From: Planctomycetota bacterium
Lineage (GTDB): Bacteria > Planctomycetota > Planctomycetia > Planctomycetales > Planctomycetaceae
Direction: 5' to 3'
Assembly: GCA_017859815.1 (NCBI GenBank)
Contig: JAFMMM010000002.1
Location: 714 to 64,713, forward strand
DNA: 64,000 nt
This document shows positions 44,386 to 54,332 of this stretch, in pieces; the first letter of the stretch is position 1, and the number at the start of each line of letters is the position of its first letter. The translations under genes and the position numbers were made by a program. The notes beneath the pieces are model-generated. The model did no database searches and had not been told where the DNA came from. It was given only the letters and a program-made list of their open reading frames with translations.

Positions 44386-46068
44386 CTACTCGAAACGCAG
44401 TGCTCGTACCGGGTGCAGAGAAGCAGCTCTCCGCGCCGGAAGAATACTTGCCAGCACCGCGATCCCAATCGCTCCCAGTGCTACCGAGATCACCATCCAC
44501 GGATTGACATAGGTCGGGATCTCAAAGAAGAAATAAATCTTCTCATCAAAGACCTTCCTCCCGGTGAACCAGCTCAGCACATCCTCGATCTCATTGATGT
44601 AATGCACGAACAACAGGCCCAGGATCACACCGGCCGAACTGCCAACAATTCCCAGCGCCAGTCCATAAGACAGAAAGATCGCCATTACACCCGACGAACT
44701 GGCTCCCAGAGATTTCAGAATTCCAATGTCGCGAGTCTTCTCCACCACAATCATGTAGAAGATGGCGAGAATTCCAAAACCCGCAACGGCGATGATCAGG
44801 AACAACAGCACATTCAGAATTGCCGTTTCCACTTCAACCGCGGACAGCAGTAATCCCTGCTTCTCTTCCCAGGTACGAATGGTGACTTCTCCGGGTGCGA
44901 ACGCCTGTTCAAGGGCCGCCATCGCTTTGGGTGCGTCAGCATAATCATGCAACCGGATCTGAATCGCACTGACTCTGTTTTCCAGCTGCATGCCGCGATT
45001 CTTCTGCAGAGCTTCCCGATTCATGAGCACAACGTTGGAGTCATATTCACTCATTCCACTGCGGAAAGAATCGACGACAGTTGCGTGAAACTTTGTCACC
45101 TCCGGCGGAGTGCTGGCCGTGATCGTGCTGATGATCACGTCATCGCCCGGCTGCACCATCATAATCTTCTGCTGCCGACCGGTCTCGGGGTTCTTGACGA
45201 AGAAACTCACCAGACCCTCGCCGATGTAAATTCTCGCATCGTTGGGCTGCGGCTTGATATCTTCGGCAGGATTATCTTCGAACAGGATGTCCGGCGACAT
45301 GCCGCCGCCCAGGCCCGCATTGGGGTTGTTGGGATCGAATTGCACGACCGGGGTATCTGCTACTGTGTTCGCAGCGTCCGCATCAGTCGGCTCTGGCCCC
45401 TGATCCGATCCTGCAGATGCGTCCGCAACGGCACTCGGCGAATCGAAAACAGGAGGCTGGCCCGAATCATCGAAGTCAGGTGTGGCCGAATCACTGGGCA
45501 CCGGTTCGACGAGCGGCGGCTGCCACTGACGAAGCTGCTCCGCTTTTTGCTCCTGGACAGAATCGAAATGCTGCTGTCCCTCAGACGTCAATTCCCAGCC
45601 CAGAGGCTCCGACGAATCCCGCAGAGCTGGCCGAACAATCTGACCATCCTCCATCACCGGATTGTAGCTGTCCAGATAGGACTTCAGCGGACCAACTTCA
45701 GCCTTGCCGCGAGGATCAATGCCATGCAGGCTGACCGGAGACGTGTATGCTTCACCCGTCCACGGATCGGTGAATGTCACCATTCCCGGAATCTCAACCG
45801 AAACTGTTGACGCGGCGATGTACTGGCCGGCCGCTTCATCAACTCGTTCCAGCAATTCATCGGCTTTGGCGAGGCCTGAAGTGCTTCTGGCCTCGATAAC
45901 AATATCGGCCAAAAAGTTGTGCAGCCGATCACGCATCTCTGTTGAAAAGCCAGCCATCACGCTGTTCACCACGATCATTGTGGCGACACCCAGCATGACG
46001 CTGACAATGCAGGCGAGCGCAATGTACCTCGTGCGTAAATATCGAAGACACAATAACAGCTTGTACAT
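44386..46068 (-). CDS. ABC transporter permease, LolC/E-FtsX family, with enlarged periplasmic loop
   Basis: An N-terminal TM helix is followed by a long extracytoplasmic region and a C-terminal FtsX-type 3-TM bundle (DIGILKSLGASS...). At 560 aa it is well above the roughly 400-415 aa I recall as typical for this family. Confidence 0.85.
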   Translation of the reverse strand: MYKLLLCLRYLRTRYIALACIVSVMLGVATMIVVNSVMAGFSTEMRDRLHNFLADIVIEARSTSGLAKADELLERVDEAAGQYIAASTVSVEIPGMVTFTDPWTGEAYTSPVSLHGIDPRGKAEVGPLKSYLDSYNPVMEDGQIVRPALRDSSEPLGWELTSEGQQHFDSVQEQKAEQLRQWQPPLVEPVPSDSATPDFDDSGQPPVFDSPSAVADASAGSDQGPEPTDADAANTVADTPVVQFDPNNPNAGLGGGMSPDILFEDNPAEDIKPQPNDARIYIGEGLVSFFVKNPETGRQQKIMMVQPGDDVIISTITASTPPEVTKFHATVVDSFRSGMSEYDSNVVLMNREALQKNRGMQLENRVSAIQIRLHDYADAPKAMAALEQAFAPGEVTIRTWEEKQGLLLSAVEVETAILNVLLFLIIAVAGFGILAIFYMIVVEKTRDIGILKSLGASSSGVMAIFLSYGLALGIVGSSAGVILGLLFVHYINEIEDVLSWFTGRKVFDEKIYFFFEIPTYVNPWMVISVALGAIGIAVLASILPARRAASLHPVRALRFE

Positions 46069-46157
46069 CCCTGTACTCCTTCACCGGGCTGACCGATGTC
46101 ACCCGGCGAGACTGAATTTCCATCCGTGGAAATGCCGCCCCTTGCGGCTACTCTCGT

Positions 46158-47666
46158 TCACTCTGCTGACGCTTTTGATTCCCGTTCGCCGCCCTCTACC
46201 CGCTCGTGTCGGGTGAGCGGGAAGAAGATCACATCCTTAATCGCACGACTGTTGGTCAGCAACATGACCAGTCGATCAATACCAATCCCCAGTCCACCAG
46301 CCGGAGGCATGCCAACCTTGAGGGCCCGGATGAAATCCGTGTCCATTTTCGCCATCGAATCCTCTTCAGCCTGCCCCTCGAGCTGCGTCATGAACAACTG
46401 TTCCTGCAGTCGAGGATCATTCAGTTCAGTGTAAGCATTCGCCAGTTCCATGCCGCGTATGTACAGCTCAAATCGCTCAGCGATCTCCGGATCGGTCTGG
46501 CTTCGTTTTGTCAGTGGGCAGATCGATGCCGGGTAATCCATGACAAACACAGGCCCCTGCAGATGATCCTCCACCTTCTGTTCGAAGATCTCATTCACAA
46601 TGACGTCGTGGTGGACATTGTCCGTTTCAATCCCCAGCCGCCCAGCCAGCGTACGGACTGCTTCCGAATCTTTCAGATCACAGCCCGCGTGCTCCTGAAA
46701 CAAGTCGGCATAACGCTTTCTGGGCCATGGAGGAGTCAGGTCAATGATGTCGCCATCTTCGCCCCACGGAATCTGCAGTGACTGCCCGACTGCCTGGCAG
46801 GCATCCACAACGATCTGCTCAGTCAGATCCATCATGGACTCGTAATTCCCGTAGGCCTGGTAGACCTCCAGCATCGTGAATTCCGGATTGTGCGTGGCAT
46901 CAACGCCCTCATTCCGAAATACACGGCCGATTTCATAGACGCGCTCAATTCCGCCGACCAGCAGGCGTTTTAGATGCAGCTCGAGAGCAATCCGCAGATA
47001 CAGCGGCATATCGAGCGCGTTATGGTGAGTGATAAAGGGGCGGGCAGCGGCGCCGCCCGCGATACTGTGCAGAACCGGAGTTTCCACTTCGTGAAATCGG
47101 TTGGATCTCAGCGTCGATCGGACGGAGTCAATGATTGCCGACCGATTCAGCATTCGCGGAACTACACCCTCGGTGTAAATCAGGTCCAAATACCGCTGTC
47201 TCACCAGCGTTTCTTCATCCCGCAAGCCGTGAAATTTCTCTGGAGGAGAGGCCAGCGACTTGCACAGAATCGTGAGTTGCTGCACAAAAATGGAAACTTC
47301 GCCGGTCCGGGTTCTCCTTAACAGTCCGTCGATCCCGATCAAATCACCATCATCGAGTGCTGTGATCAGTTCCCACAGCTCCGGCTCAAGATCTCCGCGA
47401 GAACACATCAACTGAATCGACGCACTTTGGTCCTGCAGGTCAATGAACCGAAGTTTGCCCGCCTTTCTGCGAGTCATGATCCGGCCGGCCACTCGAACCA
47501 ACGCACCATCTTCACCGGGTTCCTCCGGACAAAGCGGTCTGACTTCAGCGATTGGCTTGTGGTTGTCGAATCGCTGTCCCCATGGGTCATGGCCCAGTGA
47601 CTGGATCTTTTCCAGTTTCTCAAGGCGAGCAAGTTCGAGTCGGTCTGTTTTTTTCGGTGCGTTCAT
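46158..47666 (-). CDS. lysS: Lysine--tRNA ligase (class II)
   Basis: An OB-fold N-terminal region is followed by class II motifs ([34 protein letters not shown]). Confidence 0.96.
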   Translation of the reverse strand: MNAPKKTDRLELARLEKLEKIQSLGHDPWGQRFDNHKPIAEVRPLCPEEPGEDGALVRVAGRIMTRRKAGKLRFIDLQDQSASIQLMCSRGDLEPELWELITALDDGDLIGIDGLLRRTRTGEVSIFVQQLTILCKSLASPPEKFHGLRDEETLVRQRYLDLIYTEGVVPRMLNRSAIIDSVRSTLRSNRFHEVETPVLHSIAGGAAARPFITHHNALDMPLYLRIALELHLKRLLVGGIERVYEIGRVFRNEGVDATHNPEFTMLEVYQAYGNYESMMDLTEQIVVDACQAVGQSLQIPWGEDGDIIDLTPPWPRKRYADLFQEHAGCDLKDSEAVRTLAGRLGIETDNVHHDVIVNEIFEQKVEDHLQGPVFVMDYPASICPLTKRSQTDPEIAERFELYIRGMELANAYTELNDPRLQEQLFMTQLEGQAEEDSMAKMDTDFIRALKVGMPPAGGLGIGIDRLVMLLTNSRAIKDVIFFPLTRHERVEGGERESKASAE

Positions 47667-47921
47667 GTTGTTGCGTGCATCTGCAGCAGGGCGTCGGCGC
47701 CCGGCGATCCGGAGTCATCGATCGGCCAGCGGCAGGAATTGCCGGTGGCCGCTTATTCCGCCGAAGTGTGCTGGAAAGCGGAGATCAGGTCAATCCCAGC
47801 CGATGATGACCGCAGAGCCCGGCACTTCACCCCCAAGTGCCCCACACTGCGTATTCCTACAGATTGTCTGCAGCGGCAAGACACCAGTTGCGTGCTGCCA
47901 TCTGCCATCGCGGCCGCAATT

Positions 47922-48470
47922 TCAGCCGATGCTTCCATTCGCAAGCACAATCTTCGCAGCTGCAATCACCCAGGTTGTTGCACACACACCAAGTGCAAAC
48001 GGAATCCCGCGTTTTAGACGTACACCGCGAACAACACGAGTATTCGCACTACGGCCGGGAACGTGAGCGGGCTGCAGAAGAATCCCGATCGGCACGCCAA
48101 ATCGACGAAGCCCCTTCACCGCAACGAGAATTACGAGGGTGGTGATCAGGCTGCCAGCCATGATGAGCAACGTTTCTCCAAGGCCCAGCCAGATTCCGAT
48201 CGCCATCATGAGTTTGGCGTCACCGGCGCCAATTCCGCCAGCCATCCACATGCCGCCGAGAATGACAAATGATATCAACGCAGCCAGAAGTCCTGATCCC
48301 AGTTCCCCACCGTTCCCCGTGGCGGTCAGCACAATCTGAATGATCAGCCCCAGAACAAAGAAGGGTGCCGTCAACATATTTGGAATGCGTCGATCTCGAA
48401 CATCAAAGACTGCAGCGGCCACGGTCATCAGCATGACAGCGAATAGAAGCAAGTGTGGGATAGTCAGCAT
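47922..48470 (-). CDS. A24-family prepilin peptidase (CpaA/TadV-type, no methyltransferase domain)
   Basis: About 182 aa and polytopic. The first catalytic Asp context is FDVRDRRIPN and the second is GIGAGDAKLMM. Start at ATG 48470, since the ORF-track start at 48500 is TTG. Confidence 0.8.
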   Translation of the reverse strand: MLTIPHLLLFAVMLMTVAAAVFDVRDRRIPNMLTAPFFVLGLIIQIVLTATGNGGELGSGLLAALISFVILGGMWMAGGIGAGDAKLMMAIGIWLGLGETLLIMAGSLITTLVILVAVKGLRRFGVPIGILLQPAHVPGRSANTRVVRGVRLKRGIPFALGVCATTWVIAAAKIVLANGSIG

Positions 48471-48701
48471 TGGAAGCACTTTCGCCGATCGGAGAAACAA
48501 TTGGAGATCGCGTGGAAACCGGATTCATTGAGAGAACAGTCCGGACAGGCCTTCATGCCGCCAGACCAACCGCGTCTCTAGTGTTTCCTGGAAGTGCAGG
48601 CCCTGCGTATGATCTTCTGTAATCGTGGGCGTTGTGGGGCAGAAACCTAATTCAACATATCCTCAGAATCGTCACAGACTGAAGAAAAAACAGCAGTCGC
48701 G

Positions 48702-50225
48702 TCAGGCCCAAAGGTCCAGCACCGGTTGACCACCCTCCACGATCTGCACAGGGCGATTGCGGGAGTCCGGGATTCGTAATTCGGGATCAATCCCCAGCGC
48801 GTGGTATACGGTGGCGGCCAGATCTTCCGGACTTACGGTCCGTTCCCGAGGATATGCGGCGTCTGCATCTGAAGTCCCGTAAACCGTCCCTCCGGGAATT
48901 CCGCCACCGGCAATGACAGCCGGGAACAGTGTGCTCCAGTGATCACGCCCCCACTGGGCATTGGCTTTCGGTGTTCGCCCCATCTCTCCGGTGGCAATCA
49001 CCAGTGTTTCGTCCAGCATGCCGCGATCCTTCAGGTCGGAAAGCAGTGCAGCACAGGCCTGATCGAATGTTGGCATCAAGTGGCGCTTCACATCATCGCT
49101 GTTACGGTGAGAGTCCCAACTGTAGCCATCAACACAATCGTAGTGGACTGTGACAAATCGCACCCCGGCTTCGACAAGGCGGCGGGCCATCAATGCCGAC
49201 TGGCCAAACAGGTGTCTGCCATAACGATCACGCAGACCGGCCGGTTCGTGGCGTATTTCCAAAGCGTCCCGAACCGCCGAAGTTGTCATGAGTTCGAAGG
49301 CCCGAGCCCGGGAGTCATCAAATGCCCGCACTGAAGCGGCTCGTTCCGACGTTTTCAGAGACGATTCAAACTGCTGCAACAGCGTTCTTCGCTGCTGAAG
49401 TCGGAGCCTGCTGACATCATCCGGCGTACTGAGGTCACTGATCTGAAAGGATAACTCTTCGTCGGTGCATTCACGCCAGTAAGGATTGTCTTCCACTGAA
49501 CGCTTGCCAATACCGGTTGTCAGCGGATTGTAACGCGGCCCAATCCAGCCCGCATGCTCACCCGGACGTGGATACTGCCCCCGTTCCTGCAGCGCTCCAA
49601 GCGAATTCGGCAGCACAATATAGGACGGACAATCGCCCGCAGCATGCGTGCCGACGTTCATGCGGTGCTGATCCCACCATGATTTCACAGCCCCCATCGA
49701 TGGCCAGTCTTTGGGTGTCGGTGAAAATCCTCCTCCAATTGGAACGTGCCAGCGACGTCCGGTCTGAAGATAGTGAGCCCCGCCGCTGTGGTCGTTGAAG
49801 GAATGTGACATCGTGCGGATCACACGGTACAGGCCGGATACGGCGGCCATCCGCGGAAGATGCTCACTAATCAACAGATCGGGAGTCTGGCTGGCAATGG
49901 GTTGGAATGGGCCGCGAATTGTTTCCGGTGCGTCCGGTTTCAGGTCGAACGTCTCAAGCTGGCTCGGTCCACCAAACAACATCAGAAAGATCACCGAGCG
50001 CACTTTGGGCGGATGGTGCAGTCCTGCTGACTCAGCCGCAAGCAGCGAAGGCAGTGTCAGACCAAACAGCCCGGAACCTCCGGCAGAAAGAACCCGTCTG
50101 CGACCGAATTCCGTTGCAGTGGGGTATGGATTTCCATAGATCGACAGCATTGGCATCTCCACTTGATCCGGACAGCAGGAGAGCATGACGCGGCAGGGCG
50201 AGGGTTCCTGTCGAATATTCTGCAT
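48702..50225 (-). CDS. DUF1501 domain-containing protein (Tat-signal, sulfatase-like fold)
   Basis: A twin-arginine-like signal (GRRRVLSAGGSG) and DUF1501 C-terminal blocks (GEMGRTPKAN..GRDHW..AGGGIPGG) are present. The start is uncertain (ATG 50225, 50156 or 50150). Confidence 0.9.
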   Translation of the reverse strand: MQNIRQEPSPCRVMLSCCPDQVEMPMLSIYGNPYPTATEFGRRRVLSAGGSGLFGLTLPSLLAAESAGLHHPPKVRSVIFLMLFGGPSQLETFDLKPDAPETIRGPFQPIASQTPDLLISEHLPRMAAVSGLYRVIRTMSHSFNDHSGGAHYLQTGRRWHVPIGGGFSPTPKDWPSMGAVKSWWDQHRMNVGTHAAGDCPSYIVLPNSLGALQERGQYPRPGEHAGWIGPRYNPLTTGIGKRSVEDNPYWRECTDEELSFQISDLSTPDDVSRLRLQQRRTLLQQFESSLKTSERAASVRAFDDSRARAFELMTTSAVRDALEIRHEPAGLRDRYGRHLFGQSALMARRLVEAGVRFVTVHYDCVDGYSWDSHRNSDDVKRHLMPTFDQACAALLSDLKDRGMLDETLVIATGEMGRTPKANAQWGRDHWSTLFPAVIAGGGIPGGTVYGTSDADAAYPRERTVSPEDLAATVYHALGIDPELRIPDSRNRPVQIVEGGQPVLDLWA

Positions 50226-50335
50226 CGCAGCAGTGCTGCATGCAACTCACACTTGCCGAGATGACCGTTCTGCAGCGGCCATCACAGTTGGAGTCGGTTG
50301 TTCCGGACCGGGATGGAATCGACCGCGGCGGTCGA

Positions 50336-50575
50336 TCATCGAGGGCGATGACGAGGAAACGTGGACTGGCAATTGACATGCGGCTGTTCGCAGTGGATAC
50401 ACCAACGCTGCACGTCGAGGTCTTCTATGTACAGGTCATCTGCAGCAGGAAACTCCCGCAGACCATCGCTGAAATGGTCGATTGCGTCGTCATAGATCGC
50501 GCTGGCAGGAAAGCAATGACATCCGCACAGGGCGACACAAACCAGAGGTGTCAGCAAAAAGAATGGCCTGAACAT
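50336..50575 (-). CDS. Possible small lipoprotein (79 aa)
   Basis: It has a signal peptide with lipobox (MFRPFFLLTPLVCVALCGC) and an acidic mature part. It sits directly upstream of the DUF1501 gene on the same strand. Small ORF, no other support. Confidence 0.4.
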   Translation of the reverse strand: MFRPFFLLTPLVCVALCGCHCFPASAIYDDAIDHFSDGLREFPAADDLYIEDLDVQRWCIHCEQPHVNCQSTFPRHRPR

Positions 50576-50960
50576 GCGGAGTCCTTCACAACCTGAGAGA
50601 ATCTGTAACCGGTGCGCGCATTGGTCCGGTTGTAACGGTTATCGGCAGATTCCAGTGAACGCGCCAGCAGCAACGCAGCGACGGCGACGGCAGATTGCTG
50701 ATTCTCCGGAAACATCACAACAAACGTTGGCAAACCGGTAAATTCTGCGAGTCACTCGCGTCATCGTGCTGTCAGTCTTCTTCGGCACGACTCACCCCCC
50801 GGTCGCAGGTTGCAAAAATCGCAGAGTCTTGCAGTAGACGCAGGCATTGGATCACAACGAGGAGTTGGAGCTGATCGCATCGGCACGATATCATGCTGAT
50901 GCAGGAGTATTTCTCCTGCACCTCCCATACTTCCCCGAACTCAAGATCGAGGAACACAAC

Positions 50961-53900
50961 ATGGCTCGCTGGCTGACGATGCTGTTTTTGCTGCTTCAAA
51001 TCTCCGCGATACAAGCAGCCGATGCAGACACTTACCTGCGACAGATTCGCCCTGTACTGCAGGAGCGCTGTTTCGCGTGCCATGGAGCCCTGAAACAGGA
51101 GGCGGGATTAAGGCTCGATACAGTGGCTTCAATGCTTACAGGGGGCGACAGCGGTGCCGCTGTTAAACGGAACAGCGATGACACCAGCCTGCTGCTGCAG
51201 AGAATCTCCTCCAAAGACGCCAGCGAACGGATGCCTCCGGAAGGAGAACCTCTGTCACAAGAACAGGTTTCTCTGATCAAGACCTGGATTAGAGCGGGGG
51301 CGGCAGCGCCGGAAAACGAAATCCCGGAAGAAGATCCTCGAAATCACTGGGCCTTTCAATCCCCCGTGCAAATCCCGTTGCCTGGCTCTGCAGGAACCAA
51401 TCCTGTTGACGCATTCCTGTCGCAAAAGCAGACGCAGCTCGGCCTGCAGGTGCAGCCAGCCGCCAGCAGTGGAATCTGGCTTCGTCGGGTCTATCTGGAC
51501 CTGACGGGAATTCCCCCGACGCATGAACAACTCATGAAATTCCTGCAGGACCCCTCATCTGCAACTCGCAGCAAGATTGTGGACGAGCTGCTGAATTCAA
51601 GTCACTACGGCGAACGCTGGGGACGACACTGGATGGACATCTGGCGTTACAGTGACTGGTGGGGCCTCGGGAAGGAGGTGCGCAACTCGCAGAAGCATAT
51701 CTGGCACTGGCGCGACTGGATCATTGAGTCTCTCAACGCGGACAAGGGATACGACCAGATGCTCAGGGAAATGCTGGCGGCGGATGAGTTGTACCCGACT
51801 GATCGGGATCGCATTCGTGCCAGTGGATATCTGGCACGGCAATACTATCGCTTCAATCGCACGACGTGGCTTGACGATGTGATTCAGCACACGTTTAAGG
51901 GCATGCTCGGTCTGACGGTGAACTGCAGCAAGTGCCATGATCATAAGTACGATCCCATCTCGCAACGGGAGTACTATCAGCTGCGAGCCTACTTTGAACC
52001 ATATCAGGTACGGATGGACCTGGCCGGAAGGGAAACAAACTTCGAGCTGGACGGAATTCCTCGCGTCTTCGATTGTAATGCTGATGCGGAAACCTGGCTG
52101 CATATCCGCGGTGACGATCGCAATCCAGACAAGAGCACACCGATGCAGCCGCTCCCCCCAGCCTTTCTGCAGTTTGAAGAATTTCCCGTCAATCAGGTCA
52201 GTCTGCCAACGGCAGCGTTTCGACCGGGGACTTCGGAGCACGTGGTCGAGGCGTGGGTGGCCAAGGCTGAAGCTGACTTCAATACTGCACGCAATCTCTT
52301 CGCGGACGCTGAAACCAGACTGAATCAACTTCGGAATAAAACCACAACGCCGAAATCGCAGCGGGGTTCCACTGCGAAAGTCGTGGCAAAAGACAGTTTT
52401 CAGGAAAAGCAGGATGCGCTCTGGGAAGAGCAGGGGGGAGAGTGGATCTGGAAGGACGGCATTCTGTTGCAGAATCAAGTCTCGACTGAAGCTGCACACC
52501 TGCAGTTACGCGTGCAGGTACCACAGGACTTCGAAGCCACACTGCGATACGTCCCGCTTGCCGGCGACCGCTGGAAATCCGTCGGAATTCGCTTTGACGT
52601 TGTCGGTGACGATCAGGTCACTGCATACCTCAGCAGCGTTGCTGGCGGCTCCAAGGTGCAGTTGTCATGGAAACAGCAGGGGCAACAGGTCTATCCTCCA
52701 GCTGCGATGCAGGCCAGAAACGTCCCCCTGAATCAGGAAGTTACTTTGCAGGTACGGATTCGCGGGCGACTGGTCAATCTGCTGGTGGATGGTGAACTGG
52801 TCGTCTCCCATGAACTGCCTTTTGCCCGCAAACAGGGTCCAGTTCAACTGATGGCCTTTGACTGTCAGGCGGAGTTCCGTGAATTCCAACTCAGTACGCT
52901 GAATTCGCAAAACCCTCTGATGCCACCGCGGGGTGACAACTCTGCCCCACTCACTCTTCGCGAAGCTGAGCTGAGTTTTGCGGCCGCTGAATTGCGAGTT
53001 CGGGCTGCGGCGGGAAAACCGCAGTTGGTCAGATTGCAGGCCGCCGCTGAACGAGCACAGACAGAAGCACCGAATACGACTGAGACTTCGGAACTGGTTC
53101 GGACCGTTGCAGCAGCCGAACATGCTGCAGCGCTGCTGGAAGCGGAAGCCGATCTGCGTACCGCAGAACTGGAACTTGAACGTGCGGTTGAAACAAAGAA
53201 ATCGGAAGCCACTAAGAAGGTCAATGCCGCCAAACAGTCGCTGCAGTTACTGAAGTCACGAGCCGAGCCTGCGTTCACTCCCCTCGTTGGAGCATTGAAG
53301 ACACCGGAAAGCAACGTTGAGTCGGAAGAATCAAGAAAGCGTCCATTCCCGGCGACCAGTACCGGTCGTCGCACAGCGCTGGCCAACTGGATCACCAGCT
53401 CAAATAACCCACTCACAGCGAGGGTTGCAGTGAACCACATCTGGAACCGGCATTTTGGCCGCGGACTCGTTTCCAGCCAGTTTGATTTTGGTCAGCGAGG
53501 GGGAAGTACGGAGCACCAGGATCTGCTTGACTGGCTGGCTGTCGAGTTCATGAAATCCGGCTGGAGTATGAAGTCACTGCATCGACTGATTGTACTGTCT
53601 GAAACCTACGCACGATCGTCCACCACGGTCGGAGCCTCCGCGGCAACACTGCAGGCTGACCCGGAAAACAGGATGTACTGGCGGCGGGACCCGATTCGGA
53701 TGGAAGCGGAGATCGTACGTGACAGCCTGCTGGCTTTGTCCGGCCAGCTTGACATCACAACCGGTGGGCCAACCATCCCTGCCTCTGAAACGGCAAGCCG
53801 ACGACGCAGCCTCTACTTTTTCCATTCCAACAACGAACAAAACAGCTTCCTGTCCGTGTTTGACAATGCGAGCGTCCAGGAATGCTATCGTCGCTCAGAT

Positions 53901-54212
53901 AGCATTGTGCCGCAGCAGGCACTGGCGCTGGAGAACAGCCAACTGGCTTATCAGACAGCACAATTCCTTGCTCGACTGCGCCAGGATGACGAGACTTTGC
54001 CGCAGATGAATGATCAGGCTCGCCTGACATACCTGTTCGAGATGCTGTTGTGTATTCCGCCAACTGAAACAGAAATGGAAATCTGCCGGACGTCACTGAC
54101 TGCATTACGGCGGGCGGGCGCAACACTCACGGAAACCGAGCGGGAGGAGCGGGCCTGGACTGCCCTTGTACTCGCATTACTGAATCACAACGATTTTGTG
54201 ACGATCCGCTGA
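50961..54212 (+). CDS. PSCyt1 / DUF1549 / DUF1553 protein (planctomycete cytochrome-c-domain giant protein)
   Basis: Start at ATG 50961 gives the signal peptide MARWLTMLFLLLQISAIQA. It has a CFACHG heme-binding motif, the DUF1549-type WRYRDW-like block (WRYSDWWG, HIWHWRDW), CSKCHDHKYDP and the DUF1553 C-terminal region. Confidence 0.9.
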   Translation: MARWLTMLFLLLQISAIQAADADTYLRQIRPVLQERCFACHGALKQEAGLRLDTVASMLTGGDSGAAVKRNSDDTSLLLQRISSKDASERMPPEGEPLSQEQVSLIKTWIRAGAAAPENEIPEEDPRNHWAFQSPVQIPLPGSAGTNPVDAFLSQKQTQLGLQVQPAASSGIWLRRVYLDLTGIPPTHEQLMKFLQDPSSATRSKIVDELLNSSHYGERWGRHWMDIWRYSDWWGLGKEVRNSQKHIWHWRDWIIESLNADKGYDQMLREMLAADELYPTDRDRIRASGYLARQYYRFNRTTWLDDVIQHTFKGMLGLTVNCSKCHDHKYDPISQREYYQLRAYFEPYQVRMDLAGRETNFELDGIPRVFDCNADAETWLHIRGDDRNPDKSTPMQPLPPAFLQFEEFPVNQVSLPTAAFRPGTSEHVVEAWVAKAEADFNTARNLFADAETRLNQLRNKTTTPKSQRGSTAKVVAKDSFQEKQDALWEEQGGEWIWKDGILLQNQVSTEAAHLQLRVQVPQDFEATLRYVPLAGDRWKSVGIRFDVVGDDQVTAYLSSVAGGSKVQLSWKQQGQQVYPPAAMQARNVPLNQEVTLQVRIRGRLVNLLVDGELVVSHELPFARKQGPVQLMAFDCQAEFREFQLSTLNSQNPLMPPRGDNSAPLTLREAELSFAAAELRVRAAAGKPQLVRLQAAAERAQTEAPNTTETSELVRTVAAAEHAAALLEAEADLRTAELELERAVETKKSEATKKVNAAKQSLQLLKSRAEPAFTPLVGALKTPESNVESEESRKRPFPATSTGRRTALANWITSSNNPLTARVAVNHIWNRHFGRGLVSSQFDFGQRGGSTEHQDLLDWLAVEFMKSGWSMKSLHRLIVLSETYARSSTTVGASAATLQADPENRMYWRRDPIRMEAEIVRDSLLALSGQLDITTGGPTIPASETASRRRSLYFFHSNNEQNSFLSVFDNASVQECYRRSDSIVPQQALALENSQLAYQTAQFLARLRQDDETLPQMNDQARLTYLFEMLLCIPPTETEMEICRTSLTALRRAGATLTETEREERAWTALVLALLNHNDFVTIR

Positions 54213-54237
54213 GCATCACATCTGATCCACGCGACTA

Positions 54238-54270
54238 AAAAAACCACGGCTGAATACCGTGGTTTTATTG
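54238..54270. terminator. Bidirectional intrinsic terminator between convergent genes
   Basis: A7-CCACGG-CTGAATA-CCGTGG-TTTTATT. The 9-bp stem includes A/T extension, with an A-tract before and a T-tract after. It lies between the stops at 54212 (+) and 54333 (-). Confidence 0.7.
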
Positions 54271-54332
54271 CAGTGCCGATTGTCCTTCGATCGCCCCGGG
54301 GAGGGAACAAGGAAAATCCCAATTCGGCAGCA

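Noticed and set aside
44947-45810. 287-aa plus-strand ORF
   Set aside because: It is antisense to the LolC/E-type permease gene and is R-rich. The permease frame carries the FtsX-type C-terminal TM bundle.
51597-52499. 300-aa minus-strand ORF
   Set aside because: It is antisense to the DUF1549/DUF1553 gene. It has no signal of its own and lies entirely inside a well-supported CDS.
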